Source: a bacterium (GTDB lineage: Bacteria; UBA8248). From it: DNA of 64,000 bases. Shown here piece by piece: positions 10,446-20,477 of the stretch. The notes under the pieces were generated by a model that had not been told where the DNA came from, did not search any database, and saw nothing but the letters and a program-made list of their open reading frames with translations. The stretch is from assembly GCA_965199855.1 (NCBI GenBank), contig OZ241326.1, positions 864,001-928,000 on the forward strand. The letters are read 5' to 3'. The translations under genes and the position numbers were made by a program. The first letter of the stretch is position 1; every line of letters starts with the position of its first letter.

Positions 10446-10741
10446 GCGCCCGCCTCCCCGGGAGGCTTCCGAAGGGGCGGCTCCCGCCAGGCCCGCGCCG
10501 TTCTCCGAAGCCTCCCGCGCAGCGCCGGAAAAACCGCCTTCCCGATTATATACGCGCGCGCGCCGGGTTGCAACGCGGGAGAATGAACGCGGCCCAAGCC
10601 CGCCCGCGCGCCTCCTCCCGCGCCCGCCGGGCCGCGCGCGTGCAATTCCACCGGATTTCGGGTATGAATGCGGAAGCCGCATGAGGCCGCCGGGGCTCCT
10701 CGCCTCGCCCCGCGCGCATCCACCCGCCGAGGAGCGCATCC

Positions 10742-11842
10742 ATGAAAGCAGCCATCTTCCACGAAGTCGGCAAGCCGATGACCATCGAACCCATCGAGGT
10801 GGCGCCGCCCAGGGCCGGGGAAGTCCTCGTGCGCTACCGCGCGGGCGGCGTCTGCCACAGCGATCATCACGCCATGGCGGGCGTGTTTCCGGTGCCGACG
10901 CCCATCGTGATGGGCCACGAGGGGGCGGGCGTCGTGGAGGAGGTGGGCCCGGGGGTGGACTCCGTGAAGCCGGGCGATCACGTGGTCTCCGTCTGGCGCT
11001 ACAGCTGCGGCGCCTGCGAGCTCTGCCTGGCGGGGCGGCCCGCCATCTGCGGCGAGGGCATCCGGATGCGCGCCGACGGCACCCTCTCGGACGGCACCAC
11101 GCGCTTCTCCGTCAACGGCGAGAAGGTGCACCACTTCCTGGGCGTCTCCACGTTCAGCTCCTATTCGGTGGTCTCGGAGAAGTCGGTTCTCAAGATCCGC
11201 GAGGACATGCCGCTCGAGAAGGCGGCGGTGGTGAGCTGCGCCGTCATCACGGGCGTGGGCGCGGTGGTCAACGGCGCCAAGGTGCGCCCGGGCGAGAGCG
11301 TGGCGGTGTTCGGCGCGGGCGGCGTGGGGCTGAACGCCATCCAGGGCGCGGCGCTCGTGGGGGCGGAGCCGATCATCGCGGTCGATCTGATGCAGAACAA
11401 GCTGGAGATGGCCAGAACGTTCGGCGCCACCCACGTGGTGAACTCCTCGGACGAGGACGCGGTGGAGACCATCCGGGAGATCACGGGCGGCAAGGGCGCG
11501 CACTACGCCTTTGAATTCATCGGCGTCCCCGAAGTGATGGCGGCGGCGTTCCAGAGCGTCCGCACGGGCGGCGCCGCCGTCATCGTGGGCATCGCCGACG
11601 TGAAGTCGCGGGTGTCGATTCCCCCGACCGCGCTGGTCACGGAGGAGAAGCGGCTCATCGGCTCCCTCTACGGCTCCTGCAGCCCCCGCATCGAGGTGCC
11701 CAGGCTCATCGACCTCTACATGGCCGGCAAGCTCAACCTCGACGATCTGCTCACGAAGGAGTGGCCGATAGAGCAGATCAACGAAGCCTACGAGGCGCTC
11801 CTGAACGGCGAGGTGGCGCGCAGCGTCGTCGTGCACGGGTAG
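10742..11842 (+). CDS. Zn-dependent alcohol dehydrogenase (class III-like MDR)
   Basis: CHSD, GHEGAG, structural CxxCxxC-x7-C, GAGGVG. Confidence 0.92.
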   Translation: MKAAIFHEVGKPMTIEPIEVAPPRAGEVLVRYRAGGVCHSDHHAMAGVFPVPTPIVMGHEGAGVVEEVGPGVDSVKPGDHVVSVWRYSCGACELCLAGRPAICGEGIRMRADGTLSDGTTRFSVNGEKVHHFLGVSTFSSYSVVSEKSVLKIREDMPLEKAAVVSCAVITGVGAVVNGAKVRPGESVAVFGAGGVGLNAIQGAALVGAEPIIAVDLMQNKLEMARTFGATHVVNSSDEDAVETIREITGGKGAHYAFEFIGVPEVMAAAFQSVRTGGAAVIVGIADVKSRVSIPPTALVTEEKRLIGSLYGSCSPRIEVPRLIDLYMAGKLNLDDLLTKEWPIEQINEAYEALLNGEVARSVVVHG

Positions 11843-11915
11843 GGAAGAGGGGCTATCGCGCTACGGACGCTCCGAAGCAAGAGGATGAATGACTCGATGG
11901 GCAAGGAGCTGCGCG

Positions 11916-12290
11916 ATGAACGAGCAGCTCGGCCACTACTCGAACAAGCCGGCCTATGAAACCGATTCGCGGGATATGAAAGCCGCGCCGGAGGCGGGGG
12001 AGAACATCGTCGCCGTTGACGCGCGCTCGCCCGAGGCGTTCGAGCGAGAGCGCATCCCGGGCGCCGTGAACATCCCGCATCGGCGCATGAGCGCGGAGAC
12101 CACCGGGCACCTCGACGGGAAGGCGCTGATCGTCGTCTATTGCGACGGCACAGGCTGCAACGCCTCGACCAGGGGCGCGCTCAACATGACGCGGCCGGGC
12201 TTCCGGGTCAAGGAACCCATCGGCGGGCTGGATTGGTGGAAGCGGGACGGGCATGCGACGGAGAGCGCCGCCGCGCCCTTGAAGGCGTGA
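11916..12290 (+). CDS. Rhodanese-like domain protein, possibly degenerating
   Basis: AGGAG RBS; VDARS, IPGA, YCDGTGCNAS, GGLDWW. Confidence 0.75.
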   Translation: MNEQLGHYSNKPAYETDSRDMKAAPEAGENIVAVDARSPEAFERERIPGAVNIPHRRMSAETTGHLDGKALIVVYCDGTGCNASTRGALNMTRPGFRVKEPIGGLDWWKRDGHATESAAAPLKA

Positions 12291-12385
12291 CAAGGAGGCC
12301 GCCCCGCCCGAAAGCCGCCGTCCGGACGCGGGCGGGCGCTTTCTGATATTTCGACACTTCTTTTCGTCCCGCCGGAGGAGACTCC

Positions 12386-13027
12386 ATGGACATCATCGAC
12401 ATTTCGGTTCCCGTGCGGGAGGGGGAGACGCCCCTCTGGCCGGGCAACCCGGGCCTCAAGATGCGCTTCCACAAATCCTTCAAGGCGGGGGATTCGGTCT
12501 GCCTGACGGAGGCGGTCATCGGCGTCCACACCGGCACCCACCTGGACGCGCCCATGCACTACCTGCGGGATCAGGGCGGCATCGAGACGCTCCCCCTGGA
12601 AGTCCTCGTCGGCCCCGCCCGGGTCATCGAGACGGAAAACCCCGAATGCGTGAGCGCGGAGGAGCTCGGGACGAAAAACCTGGAGGGGGCGACGCGCTTC
12701 TTGATCAAGACGCGAAACTCGGCCGAGAGGTGGTGGGAGAAGCCCTACGATCCGCATTTTTGCGCCATGACGCCCGACGCCGCGCGTCTTCTGCTCGAAA
12801 GCGGAATGACGCTCCTGGGCGTGGACTACCTCTCCGTGGACGCGCCGAAAAGCGGCGCGCCCGTCCACCTGCTCCTGATGCCCGAGGGGGTCGTCCTGCT
12901 GGAGGGGCTGAACCTGGGCGGCGTCGCCGAGGGCGACTACGAGCTCATCGCCCTGCCCGCCCTGTTCGCCGGGCGCGACGGCGCGCCCGCCCGCGCGATT
13001 CTGCGGCCCCTCCCCGCGTCCGCCTGA
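12386..13027 (+). CDS. Cyclase family metal-dependent hydrolase (KynB-like)
   Basis: HTGTHLDAPMH, GVDYLS, LEGL, DGAPARA. Confidence 0.9.
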   Translation: MDIIDISVPVREGETPLWPGNPGLKMRFHKSFKAGDSVCLTEAVIGVHTGTHLDAPMHYLRDQGGIETLPLEVLVGPARVIETENPECVSAEELGTKNLEGATRFLIKTRNSAERWWEKPYDPHFCAMTPDAARLLLESGMTLLGVDYLSVDAPKSGAPVHLLLMPEGVVLLEGLNLGGVAEGDYELIALPALFAGRDGAPARAILRPLPASA

Positions 13028-13165
13028 GCGCGCCTTTCGGGAGGCGCCCGCAGGGAGCGCGCGCGAGCCGCGCGGCGTCGAAAACCCTCCCGCCGCTTGC
13101 CCGAAGCCCGGTTTTGGGGAAATACTCCCCCGTCGGGCCGGGTTCACCTTCCCGCGGGGAGCCGC

Positions 13166-13951
13166 ATGAACGACTCCAAAGAACAGCGCGACGCCGTCCA
13201 GAGAATCTACAACCAGGATTCGGACTACTACGTCACCAGCGCGCCCCACGCGCGGAGCAGCTCCCTCGCGCGCGCGGCCGAGGTGCTGGACCCGAAGGGC
13301 GGCCTGCACCTGGACGTCGCCACCGGCGCGGGGCACACCGCCTACCGGATGGCGGAGCGGTGCCGCCGCGTGATAGCGAGCGACCTGACCGCCGGAATGC
13401 TCGACGCCGCGCGTAGGCTCGGCCGGGAGAGGGGCGTCGAAAACGTATCGTTCCTGAGAACCGACGCCGAGCGCCTGGGCGTCCTCGACGAGGCGCTCGA
13501 TTCGATCTCCGTGCGCATCGCGCCGCATCACTTTCCCGACGCGCAGGCCGCCATGCGCGAGATGTTCCGCGCGCTGAAGCCGGGGGGAAGGCTCATCTAC
13601 ATCGACAACGTCGCGCCCGAGGAGCCGAGGGAGGCGGCGAGCTACAACGACTTCGAGCGGCTGCGCGACCCGAGCCACAACCGATGCGAGAGCCTGCCCG
13701 GCCTGGTGGAGATGCTGGAGGCGGCGGGCTTCCGCGTCCTCTACTCCGAAGCCCTGCGAAAGAAGATGGTTCTCTCCGAATGGGTGAACCGCCCCCACCT
13801 CTTGGAAGAAGACAGGGCGGCGCTTCGGGAATACCTGGAGACCGCCTCGCCCGCCATCGCCTACTGGCTCGACCCGCGCGAGGAGGAGGGCGAGTTCTTC
13901 TTCGACGAGCGCGAGGCCGTCATCCTGGCCGAACGCCCCGCGCGGGCATGA
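13166..13951 (+). CDS. Class I SAM-dependent methyltransferase
   Basis: LDVATGAGH, APHHFPD, LKPGG, LRDPSH. Confidence 0.9.
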   Translation: MNDSKEQRDAVQRIYNQDSDYYVTSAPHARSSSLARAAEVLDPKGGLHLDVATGAGHTAYRMAERCRRVIASDLTAGMLDAARRLGRERGVENVSFLRTDAERLGVLDEALDSISVRIAPHHFPDAQAAMREMFRALKPGGRLIYIDNVAPEEPREAASYNDFERLRDPSHNRCESLPGLVEMLEAAGFRVLYSEALRKKMVLSEWVNRPHLLEEDRAALREYLETASPAIAYWLDPREEEGEFFFDEREAVILAERPARA

Positions 13952-15315
13952 GCGGGGAGAGGCGCACGGGCCGCCTGGCGGCCGCGGACAGAAAGCACCT
14001 GTGGCACCCCTTCACCCCCATGGACGAGTGGGAGCGCGAGGATCCCCCGCTCATCATCGAGCGCGGCGAGGGCGCGTATCTCATCGACGTGGAGGGCAGG
14101 CGCTACCTGGACGGCGTCTCCTCCCTGTGGGTGAACCTGCACGGGCACCGTCGGGAGGAGATCGACCGCGCGATTCGCGCCCAGCTCGACAGAATCGCCC
14201 ACACCACCCAGCTCGGCATGACGAACCCCGCGGCCATCGCGCTCGCGGAGAAGCTCGTCCATATCGCCCCCGCCGGCCTCACCCGCGTCTTCTATTCGGA
14301 CTCGGGCGCGACGGCGGTGGAAATCGCCCTCAAGATGGCCTTCCAGTACCAGAAGCAGAGAAAAAGCCCGAAGCCGGAGAAGGACAGGTTCCTCGCCCTG
14401 AGCCTCGCCTACCACGGCGACACGATAGGGGCGGTCTCTCTGGGCGGAATCGGCCTGTTCCACCACATTTTCGGCCCCCTGCTCTTTCGCGCCATGCGCG
14501 CGGAGGCGCCCTACTGCCTCTGGTGCCCGAGGGGAGCGGAGCGTCCGCCGTGCGCGGTCTGCTCGGGCGAGGAAATCGCGCGCCATATCGAGGAGAACGC
14601 GGCGCATCTGGCGGCGGTGGTCGTCGAGCCGATGGCGCAGGGGGCGGCGGGGATGATCGTCCAGCCCCCCGGCTTTCTGCGGCGGGTGCGCGAGGCGTGC
14701 GCGGCGAACGACGTCCTGCTCATCGCCGACGAGGTGGCCACGGGCTTCGGACGCGCGGGGACGATGTTCGCCTGCGAGCTCGAGGGGGTCGCCCCCGACA
14801 TCCTCTGCCTCGCCAAGGGAATCACGGGCGGCTACCTGCCGCTCGCGGCGACGCTGGCGACCGAGGAGATATTCGACGCCTTCCGGGGCGCGCCCGAGGC
14901 GGGCCGCGCCTTCTTTCACGGACACTCCTACGCGGGCAACCCCCTGGCCTGCGCCGCCGCGCTGGCGAACCTGGAGATTTTCGAGAAGGAGCGAACCATC
15001 GAGCGCAATCGGCCGAAAATCGCGCGCCTGTGGCGCGAGCTCGAACGCCTGAGGGACTCCCCCCGCGTGGGCGAGGTTCGCGGCCTCGGCTGGATGGTGG
15101 GAATCGAGCTCGTCAAGGACAGGGAGAAGATGGAGCCCTACGCCCCCGCCGAGCGCAAGGGGCGCGAGGCGGTTCTCGCGGCGAGAAGGCGCGGCCTCGC
15201 CATCCGGCCGCTGGGAGACGTCCTCGTCCTCATGCCCCCCTACTGCGTGACGGAGGAGGAGATCGCCTGGATGGTGGATGTCCTCGCCGAAGCCCTCGCC
15301 GAGGCGCGCGCCTGA
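13948..15315 (+). CDS. bioA: Adenosylmethionine-8-amino-7-oxononanoate aminotransferase
   Basis: LWHPFT, DGVSSLW, YHGDT, DEVATGFGR, AKGITGGY, HGHSY; ATGA overlap with upstream gene. Confidence 0.93.
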   Translation: MSGERRTGRLAAADRKHLWHPFTPMDEWEREDPPLIIERGEGAYLIDVEGRRYLDGVSSLWVNLHGHRREEIDRAIRAQLDRIAHTTQLGMTNPAAIALAEKLVHIAPAGLTRVFYSDSGATAVEIALKMAFQYQKQRKSPKPEKDRFLALSLAYHGDTIGAVSLGGIGLFHHIFGPLLFRAMRAEAPYCLWCPRGAERPPCAVCSGEEIARHIEENAAHLAAVVVEPMAQGAAGMIVQPPGFLRRVREACAANDVLLIADEVATGFGRAGTMFACELEGVAPDILCLAKGITGGYLPLAATLATEEIFDAFRGAPEAGRAFFHGHSYAGNPLACAAALANLEIFEKERTIERNRPKIARLWRELERLRDSPRVGEVRGLGWMVGIELVKDREKMEPYAPAERKGREAVLAARRRGLAIRPLGDVLVLMPPYCVTEEEIAWMVDVLAEALAEARA

Positions 15316-15319
15316 GGCC

Positions 15320-16048
15320 TCAGCGGGATTTCTCGGGCGCGCCCACCGCGCCCACGTCCGGCTCGCCGCGCGGCGCGCCCACGGCGCGGACGGGCGCCTC
15401 GCCCGCGCGTGGCGTCCTCTCCGCGGAGGAGCCGGCGGCTCCCGCGGACGCCCCGGCGCCGGGGCGCTTCGCCATCAAATCCTCGCGGAGCCTCAAGGGC
15501 CCCGTGATGGCGAGCGAGCCGGCGACGGTCTGCGCCTCCTGACCCTCCACGAGCAGCGTCACGCGGTCGAAAAGATGCGGAAAGTTGCGGATGACGACGG
15601 CGGCGACCCCGTAGGCGGTCATCAGCTCCGCCCAGGCGCCTCCCGGGTGCGCCTCACGGAAGGCCTTGTCGAAATCGACGTAAGCCGCGCCGCCCGCGCC
15701 GGGAAAAACGGCGCGCAGCTTCGTCCCCGGAGGCAGAATCGGCGCGCGGCCCTCCTCCTTCGGCCCCTCGATGAGCGCCTCCAGCGCGTTGCGGAGGGTG
15801 TGGACGTCGTCCTCTCCGATCTCCACCTCCGCCGGATGGGGAACCAGCAGGTCATCCTCCGCGTCGGCGAAGTAGAGCGTCGCCTCGACGGTCGGCGCGA
15901 GCGCCGCCTCCTCCGGCGCGGGACCGAAGGCGACTTCCCGGCCGCGCTCCACGAAGTCGAAAACGGCGTCCTGAAACGCCCAGACGAGCGCCGCTCCCCC
16001 CGCGACGATAAGGCAGGCGAGGGCGAGGTTCCGCATCACCCTGCTCAC
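15320..16048 (-). CDS. GerMN domain-containing exported protein
   Basis: N-terminal hydrophobic helix, TLYF, ALIEGP, AYVDF, LLVEG. Confidence 0.8.
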   Translation of the reverse strand: MSRVMRNLALACLIVAGGAALVWAFQDAVFDFVERGREVAFGPAPEEAALAPTVEATLYFADAEDDLLVPHPAEVEIGEDDVHTLRNALEALIEGPKEEGRAPILPPGTKLRAVFPGAGGAAYVDFDKAFREAHPGGAWAELMTAYGVAAVVIRNFPHLFDRVTLLVEGQEAQTVAGSLAITGPLRLREDLMAKRPGAGASAGAAGSSAERTPRAGEAPVRAVGAPRGEPDVGAVGAPEKSR

Positions 16049-16896
16049 CTTCGGCCCTCCCCCGCGGCGGATTCGCGCTCCGGCGCGGCCTCATCGCTTT
16101 CGGCGGCCCCGGGCGGCGCGTCCCCGAACGCCGGGGGGGCTTCCGCGGGAATCTCCTCGTCCAGGCCGGCGAAGGCGAATATCTCCCGGACGACGGCGAT
16201 GACGTAGGCGTCCTCCTCCCCCATCTCGCGGAGCCGCGCCTCCTCCTCCGGCGTGCTGATGACGCCCAGGCTTACGTAGACCGCGGGCATCCGCGCCCCC
16301 TCCAGATCCCGCGCGGGCAGGACGCGGAGCGGCGGCTTCTCCCCCGCGCCGAGGGCGGCGAAGCGCCTCTGCAGCCCCTGGGCGAAGCGGCGGCCCGAGG
16401 CCAGATGCACGTTCTGGCTGCGCTGCCAGCGAAGCGCGACGGCCCCGGGCGGTTCGCCCTTCACGCGGGGCGGGCGGCGGGGCGCCGCCGTGATGATGAG
16501 AGGCCCCCGCGCTCCCGGCCGCCAGGAGGCGTCCGCGTGCAGGGAGAGGAACAGGGAGGCGCCCTGGTAGTTCGCGACGGCGGCGCGGCGCGCGGCGCTC
16601 ATCTGCGCGTCCGTCTCGCGCGTCAGCGACGCCTTCACCTCGGGCCGCCTGGAGAGGAGATCGGCGATCATCCGCGCCGCGCGCAGGGTGAAGTCCTTCT
16701 CGGCGAGCGAGGCGCCGCGGCTGCCCGAATCCCGCCCTCCATGGGCGGGGTCGATCACAACGACGAAGGGCGCGTCGGACGAGGGGAGCGGCGCTTCCTC
16801 CCCCCGCGCGGGCGCCGGGAACGCATGACCCGACAGACAGGCGAGCGCCCCGAAGAGCGCCGCCAGCGTGAAAACAGCGCGACCGCGCGGCGACAA
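16045..16896 (-). CDS. N-acetylmuramoyl-L-alanine amidase family protein (Amidase_3)
   Basis: VVIDPAHGGRDSG, EKD, LTR, SLHAD; signal peptide. Confidence 0.82.
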   Translation of the reverse strand: MSPRGRAVFTLAALFGALACLSGHAFPAPARGEEAPLPSSDAPFVVVIDPAHGGRDSGSRGASLAEKDFTLRAARMIADLLSRRPEVKASLTRETDAQMSAARRAAVANYQGASLFLSLHADASWRPGARGPLIITAAPRRPPRVKGEPPGAVALRWQRSQNVHLASGRRFAQGLQRRFAALGAGEKPPLRVLPARDLEGARMPAVYVSLGVISTPEEEARLREMGEEDAYVIAVVREIFAFAGLDEEIPAEAPPAFGDAPPGAAESDEAAPERESAAGEGRR

Positions 16897-17081
16897 AGCT
16901 TTCCCTCCCCTTCTCTGGCTTCAAACTAACACCGCGCGGGAGGGGAAGCCAGCCGACGGCGCGGGCGGCGGCGCGCTTGCGTCGGGCGGGAATTTCCCCG
17001 AACATGGGCGGCGGTTTCCTCCGTCGAAAGCGAGGCGAATCGGGAGGCGGGCGCGTGTGGGGCGACGATGCGCCGGACGGC

Positions 17082-17327
17082 GTGAAGGGCCTGTCGGATT
17101 CCAGGCGAATCCTCACGGTGGGCGGGCAGATGGAGGCGCTCATCCTCAAGGGCAGGCTGGAGGCCGAGGGCATACCGGCGCACCTGAGCTACGACTCGGC
17201 GGGGGCGATCTACGGCTTCAGCCGGACGAACCTGGGCGCGGTGCACGTCATGGTCCCCGAGGGCTTCGAGGAGGAGGCGCGCCGCGTCTGCCGCAGAATC
17301 CGGGAGAGCGACCGCGCGCCCGAATAA
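17082..17327 (+). CDS. DUF2007-like small protein (start uncertain)
   Basis: EALILKGRLEAEGIPA...VHVMVPE...EAR pattern. Confidence 0.65.
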   Translation: MKGLSDSRRILTVGGQMEALILKGRLEAEGIPAHLSYDSAGAIYGFSRTNLGAVHVMVPEGFEEEARRVCRRIRESDRAPE

Positions 17328-17375
17328 GCGCATTCGACGACTTTTCTCCGCGCCCGGACACCCGAAGGCGGCGTC

Positions 17376-17978
17376 GTGACGAGCATTCAGGCGGACATCG
17401 AGGCCCTGCGCCGGCTCCTGATCGAGAAGGCGTATGAGAAGCGGGAGGTGACGCTCGCCTCGGGCCGGCGGAGCGACTTCTACGTCGACTGCCGCCAGGT
17501 CACCCTGCACGGCGAGGGGGCGCGGCTCGTGGGCCGGGTGGTTCTCTCGCGCGTCCGGCGAAGCGGCGTCCGGGCCGTGGGCGGCCCCACCCTGGGGGCG
17601 GACCCGATGGTGACGGCCGTCTCGATGACCGCCGCGCTCGAGGGCCTCGACCTTCCCGCCTTCATCATCCGAAAAGGCGACAAGGGCCACGGGACGCGCA
17701 GCCGCATCGAGGGGATGGGCAACCTGCGAAGCGGCATGAGGGTCGCCATCCTCGAGGACGTGGTGACCACGGCGGCCTCGAGCCTCGCCGCCATCGAGGC
17801 GGCGCGGGAGGCGGGGCTGGAAGTCGCCCGCGTCGTCTGCCTCGTGGACAGGGAGGAGGGCGGACGGGAGAGCCTCGCCGCGCGCGGCTTCGCCCTCGAC
17901 GCCGTCTTCACGAAAACGAGCCTGCTGAGAGGCGGGGGGATGAGAAGAGCGGCAAACGGACAGAAAGGGCGACTCTAG
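17376..17978 (+). CDS. pyrE: Orotate phosphoribosyltransferase
   Basis: TLASGRRSDFYVD, IRK..KGHG, ILEDVVTT PRPP-binding motif. Confidence 0.95.
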   Translation: MTSIQADIEALRRLLIEKAYEKREVTLASGRRSDFYVDCRQVTLHGEGARLVGRVVLSRVRRSGVRAVGGPTLGADPMVTAVSMTAALEGLDLPAFIIRKGDKGHGTRSRIEGMGNLRSGMRVAILEDVVTTAASSLAAIEAAREAGLEVARVVCLVDREEGGRESLAARGFALDAVFTKTSLLRGGGMRRAANGQKGRL

Positions 17979-18078
17979 GCTAATCAAGGCCAGCTCAATA
18001 TATCACGCAATTTTCATCAGAAAAACGACTTCGTAATTCCCTCTTTACCTCCGAGTTCTCGAAACAGAAATTTGCAGT

Positions 18079-19431
18079 TCAAAATAGACGGGGGTCAGCA
18101 GAAAACTTATCTTTCGCCAAGTATTCACGAACCAATTCTACTGACCAAGGTTCTTTCAGTTTTTTCTTTTCAACGTCTTTGGCAAGTTCAGCGGCAGACG
18201 CAAAACTACCGCTGAGAGATGTCCCTCGCCTCTCAAAAAACTCAGTTCTACTAAGCACTACTGCAACTTCGTCTTTCGGTGCGCGCCATTCGTACACGAT
18301 TGCAACATGCTTCGAAGTACTTCCACCGCTATCAAAGTATACCGCTCCAATCAATTTAATGGATGAGGGATCGACTTGGAGTCGCAACTCCTCTTCGAGT
18401 TCCCGGACGGCGCAACTAACTAATGGGGTGCCGTTAACGGCATCTTCGCATCGGACATGTCCACCGGCCCAAATTACGAGCTTCTCATGCAAGGGATTAC
18501 TATTCTTTTTTTCATGGCGGCGAAGACGAAGGACGTCCCCGTTCGCATTCCGAACAACTACTACTGGGAGTGCCTGGACCCGAGAAGCATCATTTTCTAC
18601 CTCGTCTCTAATCAAGAAGTTGCTATCGTCACATTCTGCGAAATATCGGACCAATTCATGCGCTTTGGAATTATCAATAAAATTTCTACCTTCAAATAAT
18701 CCCGTCACGACTTCCTTGGAGCATGAAAGAATATTTTCTGCGATTTGCTCTTCTATCAAACCAAGAATGCAATCAACGACAGTTTCAGCCGTAGATTTTT
18801 GCTCTCTTTTTCTAGAAGTATCAAGGCAATATATCCGAAAATCTTCCCCAAGCTGCGAGGCGCATTGTTTGTTAACTTTCTTAATCTGCTCGAGTATCAG
18901 AGGATTCATGATGGAGCCCTCTTTTTCATCCACAGGGAGTATGCCTTGCTCACGTTTCATTGCGTCCGATGGAGAGACAAGCATTACAAAAACAGCCGAG
19001 ATTCGCTTCCTCCAATCATCAATCGTGAGAAATCTTTGGATGATTTCCCTTTCACTCGAGCGCAAGCGCGAGATTTGCTCCATCATGGTCAGCCAGCAGA
19101 TGGAATCGAAGAGCCCTCGATCGAGAAAAAGAATCTGTGGGTCATCGGCTCGTGGTGGCTCTTGTGTTTTGTCTAAAATCTGAGCGAGTGTCGTACACGC
19201 GGTCCAGATATTAAAATTCGCGTGTTTTTTATCTCGAATTGGGCAAACAGAAGCACGCTCGACAACGACATCCGTCCGAAAACCGGAACGCTTGAGAAAT
19301 GTCTGCACATGCGACAGAGTTGTCGTTTTACCTGCTTTTGGGACTCCCGCAAACTCAATGACCAACGGCTTGCGGGCTTTTTCATCAAATTGTTTCGCTA
19401 AACGCTCTGCTCGTTTTTGAAAATCTCCCAT
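18079..19431 (-). CDS. Thymidylate-kinase-like P-loop domain fused to NUDIX hydrolase
   Basis: IEFAGVPKAGKTT, DRG; C-terminal GGHV...AVRELEEEL Nudix box; AT-rich relative to host. Confidence 0.8.
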   Translation of the reverse strand: MGDFQKRAERLAKQFDEKARKPLVIEFAGVPKAGKTTTLSHVQTFLKRSGFRTDVVVERASVCPIRDKKHANFNIWTACTTLAQILDKTQEPPRADDPQILFLDRGLFDSICWLTMMEQISRLRSSEREIIQRFLTIDDWRKRISAVFVMLVSPSDAMKREQGILPVDEKEGSIMNPLILEQIKKVNKQCASQLGEDFRIYCLDTSRKREQKSTAETVVDCILGLIEEQIAENILSCSKEVVTGLFEGRNFIDNSKAHELVRYFAECDDSNFLIRDEVENDASRVQALPVVVVRNANGDVLRLRRHEKKNSNPLHEKLVIWAGGHVRCEDAVNGTPLVSCAVRELEEELRLQVDPSSIKLIGAVYFDSGGSTSKHVAIVYEWRAPKDEVAVVLSRTEFFERRGTSLSGSFASAAELAKDVEKKKLKEPWSVELVREYLAKDKFSADPRLF

Positions 19432-19541
19432 GTCCGCCCACTCCCATTAATGACTAACTTCCAACGACGCTTTGATCTTCATCGGCATCCTTTCAGATCT
19501 TGATGGGATGGAATCTGCTATTTTCAGAGGGTCATGGGTGC

Positions 19542-19571
19542 ATTATATTCTTGACACCCCTATTGAAGCAA
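19542..19571 (-). promoter_or_regulatory. Putative sigma70 promoter of the kinase-NUDIX gene
   Basis: TTGCTT-N18-TATAAT on minus strand about 110 bp upstream of the ATG. Confidence 0.45.
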
Positions 19572-19865
19572 ATCCACCCCGTTCAATTTCAGGACTTCAA
19601 TGCCCTTATCGGTAATACACTAACAATCTTTTTGGCCTTTCAACTATTTTGAAATTTTCTAAGTATCCCTTTCTCCTCATAATCGGGACTTATTGCAAGG
19701 ACAGGTTTTCACCTTTCGTCATTTTTTAAGAGGTTCTCTTGCCTTTCGTGGTTCAATATTGTGTCAATTCAAGCTACGGGCGTGAACACCACAACGAGGA
19801 TACATACGCGAGGATTTACAGGGAACACCCCCCGCGCGCATTCGCCCGCATTGGCGGGCGGCGGC

Positions 19866-20477
19866 TCATCGCTCCCCGGGCTTCTCCCAGTAAATCCACA
19901 GACCGCGCCTTGAGGCGACGCGGGCGGACGCGCCGATTCCGGCGCGCCGGGCGACGGCTTCCGCCTCCGCGCGGGAGAGGCGCTTCTTGCCCAGGCGGTC
20001 GTTCAGCTCGCGCGCGGCGGGCAGGAGCGACTCGACGAGCGCGTCCGGCGCGCCCGCCCCGAAGCCGCCGCCGTGCGCGCCCAGGCCGCCGGGCCGGAGG
20101 ACGCGGTTCATCTCGCCGAGAATCTCCTCCTGCCGCTCCCAGAAGAACAGCCCGCCCCGGAAGACCACCAGGTCGAAGGCGTCCGCCTCGAAGGGCAGGC
20201 GGTATTTGTCGAGCGGCGCCACGCGGACGCGCGCGCTCATGCCCGCCTCGGCTATCCTCTCGGCCAGATAGCCGTTCAGGAGGTCGGAATCGTCCCCGCA
20301 GACGAGGCGCATTCCGGGACACCGCGCGGCCAGGGCGAGCGCGACGCCGGGGCCGTAGGGGCCGATTTCGAGAGCGTCTCCCGCGTCGCGCCCGTATCGC
20401 GCGTGAATCTCCTCGGCCGCGTAGGCGTAGAAGGGCTGAAAGTGGGCGTTCACGGCGCGTATCAGGTCGAAATCCAT
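19866..20477 (-). CDS. Class I SAM-dependent methyltransferase
   Basis: LEIGPYG, LPFEADAFDLVVFRG, RVLRPGG. Confidence 0.8.
   Translation of the reverse strand: MDFDLIRAVNAHFQPFYAYAAEEIHARYGRDAGDALEIGPYGPGVALALAARCPGMRLVCGDDSDLLNGYLAERIAEAGMSARVRVAPLDKYRLPFEADAFDLVVFRGGLFFWERQEEILGEMNRVLRPGGLGAHGGGFGAGAPDALVESLLPAARELNDRLGKKRLSRAEAEAVARRAGIGASARVASRRGLWIYWEKPGER

Noticed and set aside
10446-10741. TPP riboswitch upstream of thiS
   Set aside because: No CTGAGA-type TPP aptamer core found on the minus strand.
10245-12290. ThiS or rhodanese as sulfur donors for DndC
   Set aside because: More than 11 kb away; thiS is explained by the thiSGE operon and nothing links them to dndC.
18179-19183. 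334-aa antisense ORF in the AT-rich island
   Set aside because: Ser/Thr-rich mirror of the kinase-NUDIX gene with no motif or RBS.
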